Shown: piece after piece, positions 20,958 to 27,999 of the stretch
Layout of the letters: every line of letters begins with the position of its first letter
Numbering within the stretch: the stretch's first letter is position 1
Origin: an uncultured Bacillota bacterium
GTDB lineage: Bacteria; Sysuimicrobiota; Sysuimicrobiia; Sysuimicrobiales; Segetimicrobiaceae
Assembly: GCA_963804645.1 (NCBI GenBank)
Contig: CAWDRG010000009.1
Coordinates: forward strand, 352,001 to 416,000
Length of the DNA stretch: 64,000 bases
Direction of reading: 5' to 3'
The notes under the pieces: model-generated
Databases searched by the model: none
The model's input: the letters and a program-made list of their open reading frames with translations, nothing else
Told to the model about the DNA's origin: nothing
Made by a program: the position numbers and the translations under genes

Positions 20958-21023
20958 GTGTGCCAGCGGGTGTTGATCCCAGCGAACGTATTGTGTCGCT
21001 ATCGCGCGCGCTGCGCTGTGGAT

Positions 21024-21053
21024 GGGCGGGCGGCCCGTACGGGCCGCCCGCCC
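21024..21053 (-). terminator. Perfect 30-bp palindrome downstream of the arylsulfatase
   Basis: GGGCGGGCGGCCCGT|ACGGGCCGCCCGCCC, 14 bp beyond the stop codon. Confidence 0.6.
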
Positions 21054-21067
21054 GGTTGACGCTTCGA

Positions 21068-22603
21068 CTACTGTCCGTGCTTTGCCATGGCTTCCTCGAT
21101 CTTCGCTTTCACCGCATCGAGGTTGAAGCTCGCGCCCTTCTGCGCCGGCGGGAACTCGATAGCCGTCATGGCCAGCTTCGCCACTCGCTGTTGGACGAAC
21201 ACGAAGCGCCAGAACTCGAATCTGAACCAGTCGAAGTATTGGTAGGATCCGAGATTTCCGTTCCCTTGTGGCCACGTCGTCTTCTCGAAGGGATCGAGGC
21301 GCAGGTTCACGAGCAGCGGCACGTCCGGGTGGTCCTTGGTACCAATCCAGCCGCCGGGCTGCACGATGAAAGTATATTTGAAGTCGTCGATCCGTACCGC
21401 GGCGAGGTTGCTCTCAGTAAAGTAGAAGATCTCGTTGCGGGCGGATGGCCCCTTGCCGGTGATCAGATCCATCTGATTGTAGCCGTCCAGATGCGTCTTG
21501 TACGTCGTTCCGCCGAGTTGTTTCCCCTTCTTGAGCTCATCGGCGATGTTCGGGTTGCCGGCCGCGGCCACGAAGGTCGCAAACCAATCCTGGCCCGAGA
21601 TGATGCCAGGCTCCACCACGCCGGCGGGGACCTTACCGGGCCAGCGAATCATCGCGGGACAACGGAACCCGCCTTCATAGCCCGTACCTTTGGCACCGTA
21701 AAACGGCGTCTGTCCGCCGTCGGGCCAGGTGAAGCTTTCCGTGCCGTTGTCGGTGGTGAACATGACGATGGTGTTGTCGTCCAGCTCGTTGTCTTTCAAG
21801 TACTGCATGAGCGCGCCGACGCTGTCGTCGAGCTGGGCCATGCCGGCTTCGTGAATGGTCCAGCCGTTCTTCGAATTCTGCAGGGCTTCGTACTTCGGCG
21901 ACAGATGGGTGACGATGTGCATGCGGGTCGGGTTGAACCAGAGGAAAAACGGTTTGCCGGCCGCCTTAGCCTTGTCGACGAACTTGAGGCTGGCCGCGAG
22001 AATTTCGTCGTCCACGGTCTCCATCCGCTTGGGATACAGCGTGCCGGCGTCCTCGATCTTCTGCTTGCCGACCTTGCCCCAGCGCGGCATCACCGTCGGG
22101 TCGTCCGTGTCCGTGGCCCACGAATGGACCATGTTGCGCGGGCCGACCGTGTTCAATAACTCCTGCGGATAGGCGGGGTGGGCGGGGTCCTCCATGGCGT
22201 CGAGGTGGTAGAGATAGCCGAAGAACTCGTCAAAGCCGTGGACCGTGGGCAGGTACTTATTCATGTCGCCCAAGTGGTTCTTCCCGAACTGCCCGGTCGC
22301 GTAGCCCATCTCTTTGAGGGCCGTCGCGATCGTCGGCGCAGAATCCGGCATCCCGACATCCGCCCCCGCCTGGCCGACGGTCGTGAGACCCGTGCGCATC
22401 GGGAGCTGGCCGGTGATGAACGCCGCCCGCCCCGCCGTGCAGCTTGCCTCCCCGTAGTAATCGGTGAACAGCATGCCTTCGCCGGCGAGCTTGTCGAGGT
22501 GCGGCGTCCGCCCGGCCATCATACCTCGATGGTACGCCCCGATATTCCAGATGCCGATGTCATCGGCCATGATCACGACGATGTTTGGTTGTTTTGTCGC
22601 CAA
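21068..22603 (-). CDS. Arylsulfatase
   Basis: PNIVVIMADDIG, SCTAGRAAFITG, GKNHLG, TTDNG, KGT.YEGGFR; TTG start after GGAGG. Confidence 0.92.
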   Translation of the reverse strand: MATKQPNIVVIMADDIGIWNIGAYHRGMMAGRTPHLDKLAGEGMLFTDYYGEASCTAGRAAFITGQLPMRTGLTTVGQAGADVGMPDSAPTIATALKEMGYATGQFGKNHLGDMNKYLPTVHGFDEFFGYLYHLDAMEDPAHPAYPQELLNTVGPRNMVHSWATDTDDPTVMPRWGKVGKQKIEDAGTLYPKRMETVDDEILAASLKFVDKAKAAGKPFFLWFNPTRMHIVTHLSPKYEALQNSKNGWTIHEAGMAQLDDSVGALMQYLKDNELDDNTIVMFTTDNGTESFTWPDGGQTPFYGAKGTGYEGGFRCPAMIRWPGKVPAGVVEPGIISGQDWFATFVAAAGNPNIADELKKGKQLGGTTYKTHLDGYNQMDLITGKGPSARNEIFYFTESNLAAVRIDDFKYTFIVQPGGWIGTKDHPDVPLLVNLRLDPFEKTTWPQGNGNLGSYQYFDWFRFEFWRFVFVQQRVAKLAMTAIEFPPAQKGASFNLDAVKAKIEEAMAKHGQ

Positions 22604-23020
22604 CTTCGACCTCCGCAGTCAATTTTGAACCCTCTCCGAGTGAGCGTGATCCCTCGTCGACTGACGGGCACCCTGCTCAGAGCCGTCCGGAACTGCAGTC
22701 ACCCCCTACGGATTCCGTCGTCGGTACGCTAGATCCGTGTGGCTCATGACATGGGCCGTCACGCCACTCGGACGGCCCAACCTGACCGAAAGACACTTGA
22801 AGATCGCTCGAGGGGGAATGACAACACCAAGAAGCACGTGGTGTTGCGTATTTGCATTCCCGATCTGTGCCCGTCGGAGGGGAGCCGGAATTTCCGAGAG
22901 TCTACGGGGAGATTAATGCGGCGGCCGTAGTCCGCCGGACCGAGCGAAGATGCCGGACTGTATGCGCCGATCGCCCTCCGCCAGTTCCCCCCAAGTCTAG
23001 CACTTGGGAAAGCGAATGGC

Positions 23021-23121
23021 CCATAGGAATTGCTAAGATATCCCGTCTCGAAGGTGCTCTGACGGGCGACTTTTGCCAAGATCTCCCCGGCCGGATTGCT
23101 AAGATAGGATCAAATCCTACA
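23021..23121 (+). repeat. dnaB-distal end type B, copy 1
   Basis: TTGCYAAGAT sites at 23030, 23073, 23096; terminus GATCAAATCCTACA; 84/101 ungapped identity (counted by eye) to 25022-25122. Confidence 0.88.
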
Positions 23122-23515
23122 CGACGACTTGTAGGATGCGATCCTATCTTGACAAAGTCGAAGATATCTCGGTAATGCGTTAGCAATTGCCAAGATATCC
23201 ACGCAGACCTCAATGCGGATCTACGGAATGGGGAGGACGAGAAGAATCGGAAGCGAGGACGGACATAACGAAGAAGAAGGGGGAGCGACCGCCGACATCC
23301 AACGAAATGACGGCCCGGCACCTGGACGTACTCCAGGCGAATCTACCACGGCCGAGAACGGGCGAGTCCCCCGATGAGTGAAGGAAGTGGCTCGATTCCT
23401 ATCGAACGCGAGGCGAACAGAGACAAGACGACTTAAATTAGGCCCCAGCGCCACGAGACTGCCTGATCGGCCCTCACATCGCAGCGCCAGCACGCACTAT
23501 CCGGAGGATCGCGCG

Positions 23516-24814
23516 ATGGATATCACCGTCCAGAACGGCTTGAGCGTTCCCGTGTACAGCTCCGTGGGCCACAGCGACGGCTGGCAGGTGGCCGACCTCC
23601 TGGGGAACACGGCGGGCTTGGTCACGGGCGTTACCGCCTTCGCAGAGGTCTCGGGGTTGGTTACGGTCATCAACGCGATCCAATTGGGAAACGCCGGCTT
23701 GGCCGCGGCGCAGCGGATCCCCGGCATTCTTCAGAAGTTCTGCTTCACCGTGCAGCCGGGCATGAGCCAATCGGCACGCGAGGCCATCGGGATCGCCGAT
23801 CAGTTCCGCGCGAGCTACTGGAACGATCTGTTCGGCGGCAAGAGCCTAGGCGTGTTCATGTCTAATACCGAACACGCCGTGCTGGTCAACGCCAGCACCA
23901 TCACGCCCCGCACGTACCGCGTCGAGGCCAAGGGGGCGCGGGAGGGCGGGTTTCTTCACCGCTGGGGCGAGCCTGGCTACTACTCCACGATGAATACGTC
24001 GGCACCGCCGTCCGTCGTCGCGTTCGGAGGCAAGTATCACATGTTCTTCCGCGACGGCAGCGGCAACGGCATCTTGCACGCCACCTCCGACGAGGGGATC
24101 TACTGGAAGGGCGCGGACCCATTCTATATCGGCGTCAACACCAGCTCCGCGCCGGCACCGGTGGTGTACAACAACCAGGTCTACATCTTCTTCCGCGACG
24201 GAGCGGGCAACGGCATCCTGTATGTCGTCTCCAAGGACGGCTACACGTTTACGGCACCGCAGAACTGGTACATCGGTCTGAATTGTGACGCGCAACCCTC
24301 GGTGACCGTCCACAACGGAGCGCTCCACCTGGTCGCGCGCGACCACGGGGGGGCCGGCGTCATGTACGCGTATCAAACCGCCACGGGATGGCAGCACGGG
24401 TACACGGGAGAGAACACGTCCGCGCCGCCGGCGGTCATCTCGTTCGCGAATCGCCTGCATGTCTTCTATAAGGACGGCGGCGCCAACAACGGCGTATTGC
24501 ACATGGTGTCCGACGACGGCGTCCACTACCGGCGCGCCGACGTCTACCACCCCGACATCACGACAAGCGCGGGACCCTGCCCGTTAGTCTATCGCGGAAA
24601 CCTGCTGCTGCTGTTTCGCGACGGGACGGGAAACGGCGTGCTCTACAGTATCTCCGCCGACGGCACCCAGTTTACCAACCCGCCCGATTGGTACCTGGGA
24701 CTGAACATCGACAACGAACCGTCGGCCGCCGTGCTGGGCGACCACCTCTGCATTCTGGGAAGGGACCCGGGCGGCAACGGGGTAATGTCGCAGGTCCCGG
24801 ACCTCAGTCCTTAG
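23516..24814 (+). CDS. Hypothetical protein: N-terminal domain plus six ~48-aa beta-propeller-like repeats
   Basis: ATG after GGAGG; repeats NTSAPPxxVxFxxxxHxFFRDGxGNGILxxxSxDG; the ORF track starts upstream at 23378. Confidence 0.8.
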   Translation: MDITVQNGLSVPVYSSVGHSDGWQVADLLGNTAGLVTGVTAFAEVSGLVTVINAIQLGNAGLAAAQRIPGILQKFCFTVQPGMSQSAREAIGIADQFRASYWNDLFGGKSLGVFMSNTEHAVLVNASTITPRTYRVEAKGAREGGFLHRWGEPGYYSTMNTSAPPSVVAFGGKYHMFFRDGSGNGILHATSDEGIYWKGADPFYIGVNTSSAPAPVVYNNQVYIFFRDGAGNGILYVVSKDGYTFTAPQNWYIGLNCDAQPSVTVHNGALHLVARDHGGAGVMYAYQTATGWQHGYTGENTSAPPAVISFANRLHVFYKDGGANNGVLHMVSDDGVHYRRADVYHPDITTSAGPCPLVYRGNLLLLFRDGTGNGVLYSISADGTQFTNPPDWYLGLNIDNEPSAAVLGDHLCILGRDPGGNGVMSQVPDLSP

Positions 24815-24841
24815 TCCGAGGGGGATCGGATGTGTTCAACA

Positions 24842-24876
24842 CGCCCCGCGCAGACGCTGTTCGTCTGCGCGGGGCG
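24842..24876 (+). terminator. Hairpin after the cassette-2 gene
   Basis: CGCCCCGCGCAGACG-CTGTT-CGTCTGCGCGGGGCG (15-bp stem). Confidence 0.6.
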
Positions 24877-25021
24877 CTGGTTGATCACCACGTCCTACTT
24901 ACAAAAAGAGCTAGACTATCGGCATCCGGAAGAGAGGCTATATCAGCGCGCGCTGCAAACCTGCGGATAACCACGTAATCCCTCGACTTTTATAGGAGCC
25001 CATTATCATGGGCGCGACGAT

Positions 25022-25122
25022 CCGTAGGAATTGCTAAGATATCGCCCCTCCAACGGTCTTTGCCAGGCTACTTTTGCTAAGATATCCCCGGCCAAATTGC
25101 TAAGATAAGATCAAATCCTACA
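25022..25122 (+). repeat. End type B, copy 2
   Basis: TTGCTAAGATA sites at 25031, 25074, 25097 (same 43/23 spacing as copy 1). Confidence 0.88.
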
Positions 25123-25131
25123 CTACATGTA

Positions 25132-25213
25132 CGCAGGATCGATCCGATCTTGGCAATTTCAAAGATATCTCGGCAACGTGTTGGCAGTAGCCGAGATACG
25201 ATCAAATCCTGCA
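25132..25213. repeat. 82-bp cargo-less mini-element (end A joined directly to an end-B terminus)
   Basis: CGCAGGATCGATCCGATCTTGGCAAT...TAGCCGAGATACGATCAAATCCTGCA. Confidence 0.65.
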
Positions 25214-25348
25214 ACACCCCCCACAGCAGACCGGTTGCTGTGTGTGAACAGCAGATCCTAATAGGTCTTTCCCCCCGTCACTTTGATGCCGGACGCCGAC
25301 ATCGCCATCGACGGCGGGCAGACACCCAGCGTGCGGAGCGGACCGAGA

Positions 25349-27379
25349 ATGGCAGATAAGCACGTGCATCTCACCCAGCGCTTCGCGATAAAGACGACGC
25401 CGGTCTTGCAGGCGCTGTTGATCGTCGCCGCGGGAGTGTGGGTCTTCTATCCTGCTATCCATGGCCAGTGGCTCTGGGATGATGACGTCCTCATTACAAA
25501 CAATCTACTGATCCACGATCCGGCGGGACTCTGGAAGACCTGGTTCGCCCCGACCATGAGTTTGATCGACTACTTCCCGATCACGGTCAGCGTGGAATGG
25601 CTGGCGTGGCGTGCGTGGGGACTGAACACGTTTGGCTACCATCTCACGAGTATCGTGCTGCACCTCACCAGCGCGCTGCTGGTGTGGCGTCTGTTGAGCA
25701 AACTGGGAATCCGGCTGGCGTGGCTGGGCGGACTCCTGTTTGCCATTCACCCGGTGATGGTGGAATCGGTGGCCTGGATCGCAGAACTCAAGAACACCCT
25801 CTCCCTACCTCCATTCCTGATCGCGATGTGCGCGTGGATCGACTACGAGGAACACGGGAAATGGACACACTACTGGCTGGCTCTCGGCCTGTTTCTCGTC
25901 GCGATGCTCTGCAAGACCACGATGGTGATGTTCCCGTTCGTGATCCTGCTCTATGCCTGGTGGAAGCGAGGGCGGATACGGGTCCGGGATCTGACAGGGA
26001 GCGCGCCCTTCTTCGTTGTGTCGCTCGTGCTGGGGCTCACCACGATGTGGTTCTTGCATCATGCGATGGCTCCCCAGGCCGTCCAACTCGGCGGCTTTCT
26101 CTCTCGCGTGGCATGCGCGGGTCTGTCGCTCGCGTTTTATTTCTCCAAGTCCGTGCTGCCCATTGGACTACTCCCGACGTATCCTCAATGGGCGGTCGGT
26201 CGCCCATCGCTGGTACAGTTTCTGCCGTGGCCGATTCTCGGTGGCGTGCTCTACCTATGCTGGGCCAACCGCGCCAGCTGGGGCCGGCATGCATTGCTCG
26301 GGCTCGGCTTCTTTCTCATCAACCTGGCACCTTTTGTGGGATTCACCGCGGCTGCGTACATGGACTTTACCTGGGTCATGGACCACACCCTGTACATTCC
26401 CTTGATTGGCTTAATTGGACTGGCGACGGCGGGGCTGGGCTGGCTCGACGATCGGGTGCCCGCGTCTACCCGGCCCTACGGCATCGGGATGGTCACGGTG
26501 GTGCTGGTCCTCTTGGCCGTCAGCAGCCGTGCGTACGCCGGACTCTACGTCAACCCAGAGACGCTGTGGACGTATACCGTTGAACGCAACTCCGACGCGT
26601 GGCTGGCTTACGATAACCTCGGCTATACGCTCACCAAGGCCGGAAAGTTTACGGAAGCAATCGGAGAATTTGAGCAGGCCCTCCGCATTAATCCCAATTA
26701 TGCCTCCACGCATGACGACCTCGGCACCGCCTTGTTCCGCGTCGGCCGGCTTCGGGAAGCGCAGCGTGAAGTCGAACAGGCCTTGCGGATCGACCCTGAT
26801 TCCGCCACCGCCCACAACAACCTGGCGACCATTCTGGTGCACCTCGGACGAATCCCAGAAGCCATTCAACAATTTCAGGCCGCCGTGCGGATCAATCCCA
26901 ATGATGCCGAGGCGCACAACGGCATGGGTACTGCCCTGGTCCAGAACGGTCAGTATGCGGATGCGGTGGAAGAATTCGAAGCGGCCTTGCAAATCAATCC
27001 TGATTTTTCCGAGGTCCACGACAACCTGGGGGCCATGCTCGCCCACTTCGGACAAATCCCCGAGGCCATTGAACAATTTCAGGCCGCCGTGCGGATCAAT
27101 CCCAATGATGCCGAGGCGCACTACGACATGGGGTTCGCCTTGACCCAGACCGGCCGGGATGAGGACGCCTTGGAAGAATTCGAAGCGGCCGTGCGGATCA
27201 ATCCCGATTTTGCCGAGGCTCACAACAATCTGGGGGTCATTCTGGCACGCCGCGGACGTATCCCAGAGGCCATTCAGCAATTTCAGGCCGCTGTGCAGAT
27301 CAATCCCAATTACACTGAGGCGCGACGTAATCTGACCCGCGTGCTCAATCGCGAGAAGACCTCTCCGCCCAGGCGCTAA
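25349..27379 (+). CDS. TMTC-like membrane protein (GT-C-type N-terminus) with C-terminal TPR repeats
   Basis: WLWDDDVLIT.N, YFPIT, GYHLTSIVLH, FAIHPVMVESVAWIAELKN, ETLW, about eight TPRs (AHNNLG...A.RINP). Confidence 0.88.
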   Translation: MADKHVHLTQRFAIKTTPVLQALLIVAAGVWVFYPAIHGQWLWDDDVLITNNLLIHDPAGLWKTWFAPTMSLIDYFPITVSVEWLAWRAWGLNTFGYHLTSIVLHLTSALLVWRLLSKLGIRLAWLGGLLFAIHPVMVESVAWIAELKNTLSLPPFLIAMCAWIDYEEHGKWTHYWLALGLFLVAMLCKTTMVMFPFVILLYAWWKRGRIRVRDLTGSAPFFVVSLVLGLTTMWFLHHAMAPQAVQLGGFLSRVACAGLSLAFYFSKSVLPIGLLPTYPQWAVGRPSLVQFLPWPILGGVLYLCWANRASWGRHALLGLGFFLINLAPFVGFTAAAYMDFTWVMDHTLYIPLIGLIGLATAGLGWLDDRVPASTRPYGIGMVTVVLVLLAVSSRAYAGLYVNPETLWTYTVERNSDAWLAYDNLGYTLTKAGKFTEAIGEFEQALRINPNYASTHDDLGTALFRVGRLREAQREVEQALRIDPDSATAHNNLATILVHLGRIPEAIQQFQAAVRINPNDAEAHNGMGTALVQNGQYADAVEEFEAALQINPDFSEVHDNLGAMLAHFGQIPEAIEQFQAAVRINPNDAEAHYDMGFALTQTGRDEDALEEFEAAVRINPDFAEAHNNLGVILARRGRIPEAIQQFQAAVQINPNYTEARRNLTRVLNREKTSPPRR

Positions 27380-27473
27380 GGCCTCTCAGATGTGGAGATA
27401 CGCCCGCTGAAACGGTGGGGCCAGAGGCCCGACAAGCGAGTGAATTCCCAGATCACTGAGGCCAGGCGACGCC

Positions 27474-27500
27474 CCGTAGGAATCGTTGAGATAGCCCCCG
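27474..27500 (+). repeat. Truncated, degenerate end type B (inner part only)
   Basis: CCGTAGGAATCGTTGAGATAGCCCC vs CCGTAGGAATTGCTAAGATATCGCC. Confidence 0.55.
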
Positions 27501-27717
27501 TGCCCCGCGAAGTTGCGTGGCGCGTCACAACGCGCAAGCAAGGGCAGAATGCCCGAATTCGCGCGAGAAAAGTGGGCCAAAGTATGAGTGATCGTTGAGG
27601 TCATTTGGCCCGCGTTGGCACCGCCGGGTGTGCGGGCTTTCTCGCTCCGCTCGGGGCGCTGGCCCGTTGAGCACGTCCGAAGCTCGATTCCACTGATAGA
27701 TGGGGGCGTGGGACACC

Positions 27718-27795
27718 CCGAAGGAATTGCTAGGATAGGCCCCGTTCGAAGACACCGCGTCGGACGCTCTTGCCAAGTTACGATCAGATCCTACA
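27718..27795 (+). repeat. End type B, degenerate copy lacking one 23-bp unit
   Basis: CCGAAGGAATTGCTAGGATA (site 27727), TTGCCAAGTTA (27770, 43-bp spacing kept), then CGATCAGATCCTACA. Confidence 0.75.
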
Positions 27796-27797
27796 GC

Positions 27798-27845
27798 TAT
27801 AGTAGCAATACCGAAACAATGTCATGGCAACCGCCAACATATCCT
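27798..27845 (+). repeat. Highly decayed end type A remnant
   Basis: TATAGTAGCAATACCGAA...CATGGCAACCGCCAACATATC aligns to TATCTTGGCAATATCGAA...CATGGCAATTGTGAGGATATC; TGTAGG terminus missing. Confidence 0.45.
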
Positions 27846-27999
27846 GAGCAAACAGGACCTAGCGCGAGCGACCAGAAAGACGGACGGTCACCGCGCCGCG
27901 GCACAATCATCGCAATCGTCTTCGCCGTCCGACGACAGCGCGCGTCGACGACAATGCGTGTCGCCCCCCGAACTAGACGCATAGGCGGCCGCTCGCCCC

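Larger units (their letters stand above)
20894..23121. mobile_element. Cassette 1: non-autonomous element (2228 bp) carrying an arylsulfatase
   Basis: 27-bp terminal IR TGTAGGATTCGATCCTATCTTGGCAAT vs revcomp TGTAGGATTTGATCCTATCTTAGCAAT (25/27); internal TTGCYAAGATA sites; no transposase. Confidence 0.8.
23130..25122. mobile_element. Cassette 2: non-autonomous element (1993 bp) carrying a beta-propeller repeat protein
   Basis: End A TGTAGGATGCGATCCTATCTTGACAAAG at 23130; end B ...ATTGCTAAGATAAGATCAAATCCTACA ending at 25122. Confidence 0.8.

Noticed and set aside
23187..23381. Small ORFs in cassette non-coding regions (also 22739-23175 and 27392-27776) as transposase remnants
   Set aside because: No recognisable DDE, tyrosine or serine recombinase motifs; several run through the repeats. 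A translated search could still reveal remnants.
20894..27845. CRISPR array or classical integron (attC) interpretation of the repeats
   Set aside because: Repeats are 65-100 bp, of two types, and kilobases apart; there are no cas or intI genes and no RYYYAAC...GTTRRRY attC cores; cargo genes point both ways.
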